From: Candidatus Methylomirabilis oxygeniifera
GTDB lineage: Bacteria; Methylomirabilota; Methylomirabilia; Methylomirabilales; Methylomirabilaceae
Assembly: GCA_000091165.1 (NCBI GenBank)
Contig: FP565575.1
Coordinates: 1,140,001-1,172,000, forward strand
DNA length: 32,000 bases
Direction: 5' to 3'
The number at the start of each line of letters is the position of its first letter. Within the stretch, counting starts at the first letter, position 1. The notes beneath the pieces are model-generated. The model ran no database searches, was not told where the DNA came from, and was given only the letters and a program-made list of their open reading frames with translations. Of the stretch, positions 18,898 to 28,817 are shown one piece after another. Made by a program: the position numbers and the translations under genes.

Positions 18898-19902
18898 ATG
18901 ACTAAGCTATATTACGATGATGATGCTGATCTGAATCTGCTGGCGGGGAAGGCGATCGCCATCATGGGGTATGGCAGCCAGGGCCACGCCCATGCGCTCA
19001 ATTTCAAAAACAGTGGTCTCGATGTGATCGTCGGCCTCTACAAGGGAAGCAGATCATGGGAGAAGGCCACATCTGATGGGTTGAAAGTTGCTACCTGCGA
19101 GGAGGCCGCGCAAAGCAGCGACATCATTATGATGCTGGTGCCTGATCAGACCCAGCGGCAGATTTACCAGGAGTCGATCGAGAAGGCGCTCACACCCGGC
19201 AAGACCCTGATGTTCGCCCACGGTTTCAACATTCACTTTCATCAAATCCTGCCTCCACCGACCGTAGACGTATCTATGATCGCACCTAAGGCGCCAGGCC
19301 ATCTGGTGCGCCAGGTCTTTACGGAAGGGGGCGGCGTCCCCGCGCTGCTGGCAGTCCACCAGGATGTATCCGGGAAGGCGAAGGCGACGGCCCTGGCCTA
19401 CGCAAAAGGGATCGGGTGTACGAAAGCGGGCGTGCTCGAAACGACCTTTCGTGAAGAGACCGAGACTGACCTCTTCGGCGAACAGGCCGTCTTGTGTGGA
19501 GGAGCCTCCGCCTTGGTGAAGGCCGGATTTGAGACGTTGGTCAATGCCGGTTATCAGCCTGAGCTGGCCTACTTCGAATGCATGCATGAGCTGAAGCTGA
19601 TCGTCGACCTCTTCTACCGTGGCGGCTTGGCATACATGCGCTACTCGATCAGTGACACGGCTGAATATGGCGACTACAGCCGCGGTCCCCGCATCGTTAG
19701 TGATCAGGTAAAGGCCGAGATGCGAAAGATCCTTGATGAGATCCAGACCGGCGCCTTCGCTCGGGAATGGATCTTGGAAAACCAGGCCGGCAAACCCAGC
19801 TTTCTGGCTATGCGCAAGCAAGAGGCGGAGCATCCGATCGAGAAGGTAGGTAACGAGCTCCGGTCCATGATGACCTGGATCAAGAAGCCAGCGACGGACT
19901 AG
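18898..19902 (+). CDS. ilvC: Ketol-acid reductoisomerase (start refined)
   Basis: [47 protein letters not shown]...; [19 protein letters not shown]; [18 protein letters not shown]. Confidence 0.98.
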   Translation: MTKLYYDDDADLNLLAGKAIAIMGYGSQGHAHALNFKNSGLDVIVGLYKGSRSWEKATSDGLKVATCEEAAQSSDIIMMLVPDQTQRQIYQESIEKALTPGKTLMFAHGFNIHFHQILPPPTVDVSMIAPKAPGHLVRQVFTEGGGVPALLAVHQDVSGKAKATALAYAKGIGCTKAGVLETTFREETETDLFGEQAVLCGGASALVKAGFETLVNAGYQPELAYFECMHELKLIVDLFYRGGLAYMRYSISDTAEYGDYSRGPRIVSDQVKAEMRKILDEIQTGAFAREWILENQAGKPSFLAMRKQEAEHPIEKVGNELRSMMTWIKKPATD

Positions 19903-19919
19903 CTGGAGCCTCACGGGTC

Positions 19920-19987
19920 AGCATTCAGCGATCAGCGAGACCAGGAAGAAAACAGTACTGAAAGGTGACGGCTGATCGCTGAATGCT
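19920..19987. repeat. Long-stem inverted repeat downstream of ilvC
   Basis: AGCATTCAGCGATCAGC (19920-19936) is the exact reverse complement of GCTGATCGCTGAATGCT (19971-19987); 34-nt spacer. Confidence 0.9.
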
Positions 19988-20000
19988 TACACACACGGAC

Positions 20001-20044
20001 AGACCCTCGCCGCTGATGAACAGACGGAGGCGAGGGTCTTTGTA
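20001..20044 (+). terminator. Rho-independent terminator after ilvBNC
   Basis: Perfect 11-bp stem AGACCCTCGCC (20001-20011) / GGCGAGGGTCT (20029-20039) followed by a T-rich tract. Confidence 0.8.
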
Positions 20045-20096
20045 TTTAGCGGCCCCTTACAATCAGTCGGTGGGGCAAGGGTAGTAGCAAAGCCAG

Positions 20097-20969
20097 ATGA
20101 AGATCGTCGACATGTACAGCACAGGCAAGTTCGGCCTCTCTTTTGAGATATTCCCTCCGAAGACTGAGGCTGGAGAAGCTCAGTTATTCTCCGCCCTCGA
20201 AGCCCTGATGGTATTTCGCCCCTCCTTCGTGTCATGCACCTATGGCGCCGCAGGCTCGACTCAGGAACACACATTGGAACTGACGGTGAAGATCCGTAAG
20301 GCATGTGGCGTCACGACAGTCGCTCACCGGACCTGTGTGGGGTCAACCGCGGGGGGGATTCGGCAGTGGCTGAAAGAGGCCACCGACCTGGGCATTGAAA
20401 ATATCGTCGCTTTGCGCGGTGATCCGCCAAAGGGGCAGACGGAGTTTAAGAAGCCGGAGGGCGGGCTTGCGTATGCCAATGAACTGGTGGCGCTGATTCG
20501 GCAGGAGTTCCCCCACTTCAGTATTGCCGTTGCCGGCTATCCTGAAACGCATCAGGAGGCACCAAGTCCTGCCGTCGATTTGGCGAACCTCAAGAGAAAG
20601 GTGAATGCGGGTGCCGACGCAGTCATCACCCAGCTTTTTTATGACAATCGCGATTTCTTTGACTTTCGCAGTCGGTGCGTAGAGGCGGGGATTACAGCAC
20701 CTCTGATTCCAGGTATCCTGCCGGTAGTCAACTTAGGCCAGATTCAGCGTATCACCTCCATGTGCGGCGCGAAGATACCTGCCTCGTTTCTTGCCGAGCT
20801 GGAAACGTACCGGGATGACCCCGATGGGCAGGCGGGCGCGGGGGTGCGATTCGCGATCCGGCAATGCCGCGAACTGCTTGACGCAGGTATCCCAGGCCTG
20901 CACTTTTACCTCCTCAATAAGGCCGAAGCCACATTCCGGATCCTGGAAGCATTGAAGCTGTCCGGGTGA
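20097..20969 (+). CDS. metF: Methylenetetrahydrofolate reductase
   Basis: LSFEIFPPKTEAGEAQLFSAL, FVSCTYGAAGSTQEHT, VAHRTCVGST, NIVALRGDPPKGQ, DAVITQLFYDN, PGLHFYLLNKAEAT. Confidence 0.95.
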   Translation: MKIVDMYSTGKFGLSFEIFPPKTEAGEAQLFSALEALMVFRPSFVSCTYGAAGSTQEHTLELTVKIRKACGVTTVAHRTCVGSTAGGIRQWLKEATDLGIENIVALRGDPPKGQTEFKKPEGGLAYANELVALIRQEFPHFSIAVAGYPETHQEAPSPAVDLANLKRKVNAGADAVITQLFYDNRDFFDFRSRCVEAGITAPLIPGILPVVNLGQIQRITSMCGAKIPASFLAELETYRDDPDGQAGAGVRFAIRQCRELLDAGIPGLHFYLLNKAEATFRILEALKLSG

Positions 20970-21077
20970 AGCGTTCAGCAATCAGCTTTAGGAAAAAGGG
21001 GGGTACTGGGTGTGGTGTATAATTACTTGCAGGTAGATGATTAACAGTCTCATAAAAATGACTACAACGATCAGCAA

Positions 21078-21156
21078 AATCCCTCCTGACCTTCCTTTTC
21101 CAAAGGGAGGAATAAATCCCCTCTTTGGCAAAGAGGGGTAAGGGGAGATTTTAGAA
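21078..21156. repeat. Intergenic imperfect inverted repeat of the AAATCCCTCC...GGGGAGATTT type
   Basis: AAATCCCTCCTGACC... with internal TTCCAAAGGGAGGAATAAATCCCTCTTTGGCAAAGAGG and closing GGTAAGGGGAGATTT (near complement of the left end). Confidence 0.6.
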
Positions 21157-21168
21157 GGTAGCAATCTT

Positions 21169-22122
21169 TTGAATTCAGTGCCGCTCATTGTGCTGGTGGG
21201 TCCGACTGCGGTCGGGAAATCATCCATGGCCCTCGCTGTTGCGGAGAGGGTACGGGGCGAGATCATCGCGGCCGACTCGATGCAGGTCTACCGCGGTCTT
21301 GACATCGGGACAGCGAAGCCAAGCGCTGATGAGCGACAGCGCGTCCCGCACCACCTCCTGGACCTGGTGAAGCCTGACCAGCCTTTCACGGCGGCCGATT
21401 ACATGAGACTGGCTTCTGCCGCCATCATCGACATTCGCGCTCGTGGACGCCTCCCAATCATAGTGGGGGGAACCGGCCTCTATGTTCGTGCGCTCTTCCG
21501 TGGCCTGGTTGACGGACCGGGGGAGATGACCCTGCTCAGAGAGACACTGTACCAGGAGGCCGAACGGGTAGGTAGCGCGACACTTCACCGGCGGCTTGAG
21601 ATCACCGACCCCGAGGCGGCTGCCACGATCCATCCCAATGACCTCTTTCGGGTCGTGCGCGCGCTCGAGGTGGCGGCCGTCAGTGGTCACCTCCTCTCTG
21701 CCCTCAGAGTAGAGGGGCGCCGCAATCATAAACCGGTCCCAGGACCTGTGCTGAGATTCGGACTTGAACGGAATCGTCAGGAGCTGTATCGCCGGATTGA
21801 GGCGAGGGTAGAAGCGATGATGACCCAGGGATTGTTACGTGAGGTCCAGGATCTGCTCGATCGCGGCTACGGCCCGGTACTCAAACCGCTACGAGCCATC
21901 GGGTACCGTCATATGATCGGGCACCTGAAGGGACAGATCCGCCTTGATGACGCCGTCGCGTCTCTCAAGCGCGACACGCGGCGGTATGCTAAACGGCAGC
22001 TTACCTGGTTCCGTCACGAAGACGAGATCGAGTGGCTGCCTGTCGAAGGATCGGCGTTGAACGAGCGCGTACTTCGCTTACTCGTCGAGCGAATCGAGAC
22101 TGCATGGTCACGAACCGTGTAG
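21169..22122 (+). CDS. miaA: tRNA dimethylallyltransferase (probable TTG start at 21169, alternative GTG at 21178)
   Basis: VPLIVLVGPTAVGKSSMALAVAERVRGEIIAADSMQVYRGLDIGTAKPS...; RRYAKRQLTWFR. Confidence 0.94.
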   Translation: MNSVPLIVLVGPTAVGKSSMALAVAERVRGEIIAADSMQVYRGLDIGTAKPSADERQRVPHHLLDLVKPDQPFTAADYMRLASAAIIDIRARGRLPIIVGGTGLYVRALFRGLVDGPGEMTLLRETLYQEAERVGSATLHRRLEITDPEAAATIHPNDLFRVVRALEVAAVSGHLLSALRVEGRRNHKPVPGPVLRFGLERNRQELYRRIEARVEAMMTQGLLREVQDLLDRGYGPVLKPLRAIGYRHMIGHLKGQIRLDDAVASLKRDTRRYAKRQLTWFRHEDEIEWLPVEGSALNERVLRLLVERIETAWSRTV

Positions 22123-23432
22123 GGCGCATGCGGATAGATCCTGTCGGTCCGCTGAAGGGCGAGCTGACCGTTCCAGGCGATAAGTCGATCACTCATCGGG
22201 CGATCATCCTGGGATCATTGGCCGATGGGACCAGCGAGATTACCGGTGCGCTTCGAAGCCATGACTGCCGTGATACCGCCAAGGCGTTCGGAACGATGGG
22301 TGTCACGATTCAAGAACCGGATAATGGTCGCCTGCAGATTCGGGGAGGCGGACTGTACGGTCTGAAGGAGCCGCAGAAGGTTCTGGATGTCGGGAATTCC
22401 GGAACGACGATGAGGCTCCTGGCGGGGGTACTGGCGGCACAGCCGTTCTTTTCCGTACTGACGGGCGACCGGTATCTGTGCGCACGGCCTATGGCCAGAG
22501 TGACCGTGCCCTTGAGATCGATGGGGGCAACCATCCTGGGTCGTGAGGGCGGCAACCTGCCCCCGCTTGCCATCAAAGGAACGCATCTGAGAGCGATCGA
22601 CTATGCGAGTCCGATTGCCAGCGCCCAGGTTAAATCTGCGATCCTGTTTGCGGGTCTCTTTGCCGATGGGCGGACGACAGTCACAGAGCCATCCCTCTCA
22701 CGCGATCATACGGAACGGATGTTTGAGGCGGTCGGTATACCGATCCACCGGAATGGTTTGAGGCTGCAAGTCGACAGCATCAAGGGAATCTCCCCGTTTC
22801 AGATGGCGATTCCTGGTGATTTTTCAGCGGCCGCCTTCTTTCTCGTCGCGGCCCTAGTCATTCCAGGGTCAGAGCTGACGTTGCGACAGGTGGGCGTCAA
22901 TCCGACCAGAACCGGCCTCTTGGATGCGTTGCAATCGATGGGCGCCGCGATTGAAGTCAGCCGACGCCGTATCGTCTCCGGTGAGCCGGTGGCCGACCTC
23001 CACGTCAGGAGTCAGGCGCTACACGGAACCGAGGTAACCGGAGAGTTGATCCCACGGATGCTTGACGAGATCCCTATATTCGCGGTGGCTGCCGCGCTCG
23101 CCGCCGGCCCCACCACTATACGGAATGCAGCCGAACTCCGAGTCAAAGAGGTGGATCGGCTTGCTGCGCTTGTTCAGGAACTTCGTCGATTCGGCGTGAA
23201 GATTGAGCAACACCCTGACGGTTTGACGATTCAGGGAAACTCTTCGCTATTGGGGTGCGACTGCGACAGTTGGGGAGACCACCGCATGGCGATGGCGTTG
23301 GCCGTAACAGGCTTGGCGGCAGAAGGGAGTACCACGATCTCCGATCCCTCCTCTGTCAGCAGCTCATTTCCTGATTTCTGGGAACGGCTGAACGCCATCC
23401 TACCGGGAGCAGCCGTTGCGATTGAGCAATAA
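22104..23432 (+). CDS. aroA: 3-phosphoshikimate 1-carboxyvinyltransferase (start refined; 22128 also possible)
   Basis: LKGELTVPGDKSITHRAIILGSLADG, LDVGNSGTTMRLLAGVL, SPIASAQVKSAILFAGLFADG, RVKEVDRLAAL, WGDHRMAMALAVTGL. Confidence 0.96.
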   Translation: MVTNRVGRMRIDPVGPLKGELTVPGDKSITHRAIILGSLADGTSEITGALRSHDCRDTAKAFGTMGVTIQEPDNGRLQIRGGGLYGLKEPQKVLDVGNSGTTMRLLAGVLAAQPFFSVLTGDRYLCARPMARVTVPLRSMGATILGREGGNLPPLAIKGTHLRAIDYASPIASAQVKSAILFAGLFADGRTTVTEPSLSRDHTERMFEAVGIPIHRNGLRLQVDSIKGISPFQMAIPGDFSAAAFFLVAALVIPGSELTLRQVGVNPTRTGLLDALQSMGAAIEVSRRRIVSGEPVADLHVRSQALHGTEVTGELIPRMLDEIPIFAVAAALAAGPTTIRNAAELRVKEVDRLAALVQELRRFGVKIEQHPDGLTIQGNSSLLGCDCDSWGDHRMAMALAVTGLAAEGSTTISDPSSVSSSFPDFWERLNAILPGAAVAIEQ

Positions 23433-23517
23433 GCTTTCAGTGGTCAGCTTTTTCTTAGCACTCTTCTGTTTTGTCTGAAATTGATTGCTGAACGCTATTT
23501 TCTGGAGGAACGACCCT

Positions 23518-24219
23518 TTGAGAAGAACGACGGATTGTCTTATCATTGCCATTGATGGACCCGTGGGGGCCGGTAAAAGTACGGCGGCTCGGCTGCTGGC
23601 CCAGCGGCTGAGTTATCGGTATATCGACAGCGGGGCCATGTATCGCGCGCTCACCTGGAAGGCACTGCAGGAAGGACTTGATCTGGATGACGAACGTTCC
23701 GTGCGTCGGTTGGCCGACGCGACAGCCATTGCACTCGAACCTGACGGTGATCGAGAACGGATTCTTATCGATGGACAGGATGTCAGCCGACAGATCAGAG
23801 AGCGTGAGGTAGAACAGGCGACCTCGAAAATCTCCATCTACCCGAGCGTTCGCGAGGTGATGGTCGCACGTCAGCGACACATGGCAGCACAGGGAGGGAT
23901 CGTAATGGACGGCCGCGATATCGGCACGGTTGTCTTCCCGGACGCTGATGTGAAATTCTATCTGACGGCTCGGTTGGAGGTGCGGGCGGAACGTCGTTAC
24001 CGTGAGGTGCAGGCTGCCGGAGTGTCCCGCAAGATCAGTGATCTTACGGAGGAGATCGAGTCGCGAGATGCAAGAGATATGGGCCGATGCACCTCGCCGC
24101 TGCGAAAGGCCGACGAGGCCATGACAATCGATACAAGCGATCTGCCCATTTCTCAGGTCGTTGATGCGATGGAAGAGGAGATTCGACGGAAGGCAGCCGA
24201 CTCAGAAGGCTTGACGTGA
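23518..24219 (+). CDS. cmk: Cytidylate kinase, likely TTG start preceded by GGAGG at 23504
   Basis: CLIIAIDGPVGAGKSTAARLLAQRLSYRYIDSGAMYRALTWKAL; MDGRDIGTVVFPDADVKFYLTA. Confidence 0.95.
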   Translation: MRRTTDCLIIAIDGPVGAGKSTAARLLAQRLSYRYIDSGAMYRALTWKALQEGLDLDDERSVRRLADATAIALEPDGDRERILIDGQDVSRQIREREVEQATSKISIYPSVREVMVARQRHMAAQGGIVMDGRDIGTVVFPDADVKFYLTARLEVRAERRYREVQAAGVSRKISDLTEEIESRDARDMGRCTSPLRKADEAMTIDTSDLPISQVVDAMEEEIRRKAADSEGLT

Positions 24220-24264
24220 GCGCCCTGAATTTTTTCTTGCGTTCCGGGGAGGTAGTCCGATATT

Positions 24265-24981
24265 ATGAGCAGTGCTTTCCTTCAAGGCCTTGCGCCCAAA
24301 AAGGCGATGACTCGCTCCCTCTTTACCATAGGTCGCCTTCTGTGCCTTGCTATCGCAAAGCTCGCGTTCCGTCTCCATGTCGAGGGACAGGAATTTATCC
24401 CCCGTACGGGACCGGCGATCCTGGCGGCGAATCACGTGAGCTATATCGATCCGATCATCATCGGAATCGCGATTCAGCGGCCGGTCTGCTTCATGGCCAA
24501 GAAGGAGTTGTTCCGTTCCCCGTTGTTTGGTTGGCTGCTCCGACAGTTCGGCACTATTCCGATCAATCGATACCGAACTGATGTGCAGGCCTTTAAGCGG
24601 GCAGCGTCTGCGCTGGAAGCGGGAGAGATTATCGCGATCTTTCCTGAAGGGACGCGTGGAGACGGGGTCGATCTGCGACCTGCGAAGCCGGGAATCGGAC
24701 TGATTGCAGCGCGAACAGGCGCCCCGGTGATACCAACGTTTCACCGAGGGACAGGGAAGGTATTGCCGAGAGGGGCATGGCTTCCCAGACCATATCGAAT
24801 CACGGTGAAATTTGGAGCCCCTTGTCGATTCCCGGAGAAACAGGCAGAAACAGAACAAGACCAAGTCGTGACGTTCAGCCAGACGATCATGGAAAAGATT
24901 GCGGCTCTGAAGATCGGGTCGGAGAGAGGCTCTCGATCGAGAGGGGACGATCGGGGTATGCAACAGGAAACCCAATGCTGA
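24265..24981 (+). CDS. plsC: 1-acyl-sn-glycerol-3-phosphate acyltransferase (PlsC family)
   Basis: AILAANHVSYIDPIIIG (NHxxxxD), IIAIFPEGTRG motif. Confidence 0.9.
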   Translation: MSSAFLQGLAPKKAMTRSLFTIGRLLCLAIAKLAFRLHVEGQEFIPRTGPAILAANHVSYIDPIIIGIAIQRPVCFMAKKELFRSPLFGWLLRQFGTIPINRYRTDVQAFKRAASALEAGEIIAIFPEGTRGDGVDLRPAKPGIGLIAARTGAPVIPTFHRGTGKVLPRGAWLPRPYRITVKFGAPCRFPEKQAETEQDQVVTFSQTIMEKIAALKIGSERGSRSRGDDRGMQQETQC

Positions 24982-25055
24982 TGAAGAAGCAAGGGTTCAG
25001 AGAGCGGACGTGAAGGAAACGCGTATCTTATTAAGAGGAGGAATTAAAGGGTATG

Positions 25056-26786
25056 ATGTCTGAGACGGACAAGTTGGAAGAGGCTGTTAACTCATCGACG
25101 GAAGCGTCGGATCGTGAGCTTCCCGCGCAGGAGCACGAGGATCTGCTTGATCTGTATACCCAGAGCCTGCAGGAAATTACCGAGGGGGAGATCGTCAGGG
25201 GGACTGTGCTGGAGATTAGGAACGATATGGTCCTGATCGATATCGGCTACAAGTCTGAAGGGGCTATACCAATCAAGGAATTCCAGGCGCCCTCCGGAGA
25301 ACTCACGGTCAAGGTCGGCGATACTGTCGATGTCTATTTAGAGCAGAAAGAGGATAGCGACGGCCTCATTGTCCTCTCGAGAGAGAAGGCGGAGAAAACC
25401 AAGATCTGGGATGATATTCGGCGAGCCTATGAGAAGGGTGACGTCATTAACGGAATGATTCTTGGCCGTACGAAAGGTGGCCTGACAGTAGATATTGGTG
25501 TCAGGGCCTTTCTGCCTGGTTCTCAGGTCGATCTGCGACCCGTCCGTGACCTCGATAAACTGATCGGGAAGAGCTTCCCGATGAAGGTGATAAAGCTGAA
25601 CCAGCGCCGGGGCAACATCGTCCTGTCCAGGCGGGAGTTGCTTGAGGAGGAGCGTCGGACTCTTAAGGAGAGGACCTTGCAATCGTTGGAGGAGGGGAAA
25701 ATTATACGAGGCAAGGTCAAGAATATTACCGAGTACGGCGCATTCATCGACCTTGGCGGACTGGACGGGCTGCTTCATATCACCGACATGTCCTGGGGCC
25801 GCGTCGGCCATCCATCCGAACTCTTTACCGTCGGCGATGAGATCGAGGTCGTCGTGTTGAAGTTCGACCGGGCGGCGGAACGGGTATCCCTTGGCCACAA
25901 GCAACGCTTGAAGGACCCGTGGGAGGATGTCGATCAGCGGTTTGCGATCGGCTCGCGCGTTCGCGGCAAAGTCATCAGCCTGACCGACTACGGCGCATTC
26001 GTGGAGCTTGCCGATGGAATCGAGGGGCTGGTCCACATCTCTGAGATGTCCTGGACGCAGCGAGTGAAACACCCCTCAAAAGTCGTCTCGGTCGGCGATT
26101 CTATCGAGGTGGTTGTCCTGGACGTCGATAAGGTGAATAAGCGGATCTCTCTGGGACTTCGCCAGATCGAACCGAACCCGTGGCTGTCGATTGAGGAAAG
26201 CTATCCGGTGGGGATGCGGGTCGAAGGCACCGTCAGGAACCTGACCGACTTCGGCGCGTTCGTGGAGTTGAACGACGGGATAGACGGATTGATCCACGTA
26301 TCCGATATGTCCTGGACCAAGCGAGTCCGTCATCCTTCCGAGGTATTGAAGCGAGGGGATAAAGTTGAGGCGGTTGTCCTGCACACCGATAAAGCGAATC
26401 GGCGAATCTCCCTGGGCCTCAAGCAAAGCCAGCCGGACCCCTGGCAATCTACCGTCCTCGACAAGTACCGCGTCGGTATGGACGTGAAAGCCAAGGTGGT
26501 TCGCCTTACCGATTTCGGGGCCTTCGTTGAACTCGAAGACGGAGTAGAAGGGCTGCTCCACATCTCCGAGCTGAGCCATGAACGGGTCGCGAAACCTGAG
26601 GATGTCGTTTCTATCGACCAAGAACTCTCGCTCAAGATTATCAAGTTGGACGCCAACGAACGTAAGCTCGGACTGAGCCTTCGCGCCTACCTGGATAGCC
26701 AGGAGGCGTCGGACCAACAAATCGATCAGGAAGTCGCCCCTCAGCAACCAGTGGAGCACCAGGAAGAGGGGGTTGAGGCCCAGTAG
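25056..26786 (+). CDS. rpsA: 30S ribosomal protein S1
   Basis: Six S1-type repeats (e.g. ITEYGAFIDLGGLDGLLHITDMSWGRVGHPSELFTVGDEIEVVVLKFD); position between cmk/plsC and sppA. Confidence 0.96.
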   Translation: MSETDKLEEAVNSSTEASDRELPAQEHEDLLDLYTQSLQEITEGEIVRGTVLEIRNDMVLIDIGYKSEGAIPIKEFQAPSGELTVKVGDTVDVYLEQKEDSDGLIVLSREKAEKTKIWDDIRRAYEKGDVINGMILGRTKGGLTVDIGVRAFLPGSQVDLRPVRDLDKLIGKSFPMKVIKLNQRRGNIVLSRRELLEEERRTLKERTLQSLEEGKIIRGKVKNITEYGAFIDLGGLDGLLHITDMSWGRVGHPSELFTVGDEIEVVVLKFDRAAERVSLGHKQRLKDPWEDVDQRFAIGSRVRGKVISLTDYGAFVELADGIEGLVHISEMSWTQRVKHPSKVVSVGDSIEVVVLDVDKVNKRISLGLRQIEPNPWLSIEESYPVGMRVEGTVRNLTDFGAFVELNDGIDGLIHVSDMSWTKRVRHPSEVLKRGDKVEAVVLHTDKANRRISLGLKQSQPDPWQSTVLDKYRVGMDVKAKVVRLTDFGAFVELEDGVEGLLHISELSHERVAKPEDVVSIDQELSLKIIKLDANERKLGLSLRAYLDSQEASDQQIDQEVAPQQPVEHQEEGVEAQ

Positions 26787-26804
26787 GGGGGCGCGAGCAA
26801 GACG

Positions 26805-27677
26805 ATGAAACGAACGTGGCTGATCGTCGGCCTGACGGTGTTCGTAAGTTTGCTGATCCTGTTCAGCCTGGCCTTCTCATTTGGCAGATGGGAGCGATTG
26901 GGTGGAAGCAAGGTTGCGCTGATCACGGTCGACGGGGTGATCCTGGATTCGAAGGAGATTATCGAGCAGCTCGAAAAGTACCGAACAAACCCATCGGTCA
27001 AGGCCATTGTCCTTCGGATCAACAGTCCTGGCGGCGGCGTGGCGCCTTCCCAGGAGATCCATGAAGAGGTCCTTAAAACCCGTCAGACCGATAAAAAACC
27101 GATAGTCGCCTCTATGGGGAGCGTCGCCGCGTCAGGTGGCTATTACATCGCGAGCGCAACCGATCTGATCGTGGCCAACCCAGGCACTATTACCGGTAGT
27201 ATCGGGGTTGTGCTTCAAGTCCCGAATATCTCCGGTCTCATGCAAAAAATCGGCGTGAAGTCAGTCGTCGTCAAGAGCGGCCTGCATAAAGACCTTGCTT
27301 CCCCGACCCGCGAGATGACCGATGCCGAGCGCCAGATTCTTCAGGGTATGCTGGACGATGTCCATGGCCAGTTTATCGATGCGGTGGCCATGGGTAGGCG
27401 TATAGATCGTAAGAAGGTCGAGACAATGGCCGACGGACGAATTTTCAGTGGGCGGGAGGCGCAATCGCTTGGACTGGTGGACCAACTCGGCAACCTTCAA
27501 GACGCAATCGAGCGGGCCGGTGCGTTAGCCGGGATTCGAGGGAAACCAACCGTCATCCAGGAACGAAAGCGGGGACTTCTCCTTATGGATCTGCTGCGCG
27601 GTAGCCTGAGTCTGTTGAATATCGACGTGCCGATCTATTCACCCTCAACGCTCTCTGTCAACTATCTTCTCTGGTAA
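26805..27677 (+). CDS. sppA: Signal peptide peptidase SppA, 36K-type
   Basis: N-terminal TM; VLRINSPGGGVAPSQEIHEEV; ASMGSVAASGGYYIASATDLIVANPGTITGSIGVVLQVPN. Confidence 0.94.
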   Translation: MKRTWLIVGLTVFVSLLILFSLAFSFGRWERLGGSKVALITVDGVILDSKEIIEQLEKYRTNPSVKAIVLRINSPGGGVAPSQEIHEEVLKTRQTDKKPIVASMGSVAASGGYYIASATDLIVANPGTITGSIGVVLQVPNISGLMQKIGVKSVVVKSGLHKDLASPTREMTDAERQILQGMLDDVHGQFIDAVAMGRRIDRKKVETMADGRIFSGREAQSLGLVDQLGNLQDAIERAGALAGIRGKPTVIQERKRGLLLMDLLRGSLSLLNIDVPIYSPSTLSVNYLLW

Positions 27678-27734
27678 GTGAATCGTTCCATTATGGTAGG
27701 CGAAGTCGTGCCGAAGACGGAGGAGTTGCCGATC

Positions 27735-28016
27735 ATGACAAAGGCTGACTTGGTAGAATTGGTAGCTGCCCAAGTGTACCTTACCAAAAGAGATACTGAA
27801 GTCGTCGTTGATACCATTCTCGAAAGCATCGCGAAGGCGCTTGCTTCGGAGGACGACGGAAAGGTGGAGCTCCGCGGGTTCGGCAGTTTCCGCACCAGGC
27901 AGCGACGCGCACGGCAGGGTCGGAACCCGCAGAGCGGTAAAGCGGTTCACGTTCCCTCCAAGCGGATCCCATTCTTCAAACCCGGGAAGGAATTGCGGCA
28001 GATCATCGACAGCTAG
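27735..28016 (+). CDS. ihfB: HU/IHF-family DNA-binding protein (IHF beta-like; start refined)
   Basis: MTKADLVELVAAQVYLTKRDTEVVVDTILESIAKALASEDDGKVELRGFGSFRTRQRRARQGRNPQSGKAVHVPSKRIPFFKPGKELR. Confidence 0.85.
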   Translation: MTKADLVELVAAQVYLTKRDTEVVVDTILESIAKALASEDDGKVELRGFGSFRTRQRRARQGRNPQSGKAVHVPSKRIPFFKPGKELRQIIDS

Positions 28017-28318
28017 TCCTTTACCCCAATCCAAGGGTACCGTGACAGTCGTATAGGGGCTGCACTCCGTGACCCTATCGCCGACATCGGGCGCGTACCA
28101 TGCCGCCCGTATGATCGTGACCTTAGCCCACCACCGGTCCGCATCTATTCGTTTCGCGACGTCAATCGGAGAAATCGCCCCTCCATCCGATCGTCACTCG
28201 GTAAAAATGTCTTGCGAGAGCAAGGGGTGGGTGTTAGATTTAACTAGATACACGAGACCCTCGTTTACGTTTGCAGCGTTGGAAGCTCAACTTTCTTAAC
28301 AGGATAGAATGCTTCTCG

Positions 28319-28804
28319 ATGGATACGCTATGGGCACCCTGGAGAATGGTCTATGTCGAGAACCACGGGCCTTCCGGCTGCATCTTCTGCGAGGCGTCGG
28401 CAAGCCGACAAGATGAGAAAGCGCTCATTCTTTATCGCAGCCGATCGGTATTTATTCAGATGAATTTATATCCATACAATCCGGGGCATGTTATGATTGC
28501 TCCCTATCGGCATCTCGACGAGCTGCAGAAGTTATCTGCGGACGAGCAGCTCGATCTCATTCAAGAAGCCACCAGAAGTATGACGATCCTGCGTGAACTA
28601 ATGAACGTGGACGGCTTCAACCTGGGCATGAATCAGGGAAAGGTAGCTGGAGCCGGCGTCGAACACCACCTTCATTTACACGTAGTTCCCCGGTGGAACG
28701 GAGACACTAATTTCATGCCCGTCATCGCTGAGACGAAGGTCCTCCCTGAAGCGTTAAGCGCTACCTATCGCAAACTTGTCTCGGCCTTCACTACGACTTT
28801 GTAA
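28319..28804 (+). CDS. HIT-family protein (AP4A phosphorylase/hydrolase-like)
   Basis: [14 protein letters not shown]...GCIFCEA...[17 protein letters not shown]...[25 protein letters not shown]. Confidence 0.93.
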   Translation: MDTLWAPWRMVYVENHGPSGCIFCEASASRQDEKALILYRSRSVFIQMNLYPYNPGHVMIAPYRHLDELQKLSADEQLDLIQEATRSMTILRELMNVDGFNLGMNQGKVAGAGVEHHLHLHVVPRWNGDTNFMPVIAETKVLPEALSATYRKLVSAFTTTL

Positions 28805-28817
28805 TAAGGAGAGCCTG

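Noticed and set aside
19054-19914. 286-aa ORF antisense to ilvC
   Set aside because: Fully antisense to a strongly supported ilvC; long antisense ORFs are expected at this GC content.
24202-24975. 257-aa ORF antisense to plsC
   Set aside because: Antisense to the conserved acyltransferase; no domain signature.
25338-26072. 244-aa and neighbouring 227-aa antisense ORFs in rpsA
   Set aside because: They mirror the repetitive S1 domains on the opposite strand and have no independent protein signature.
25056-26786. Internal repeats in rpsA as a tandem-repeat novelty
   Set aside because: Explained by the normal multi-domain S1 repeat architecture.
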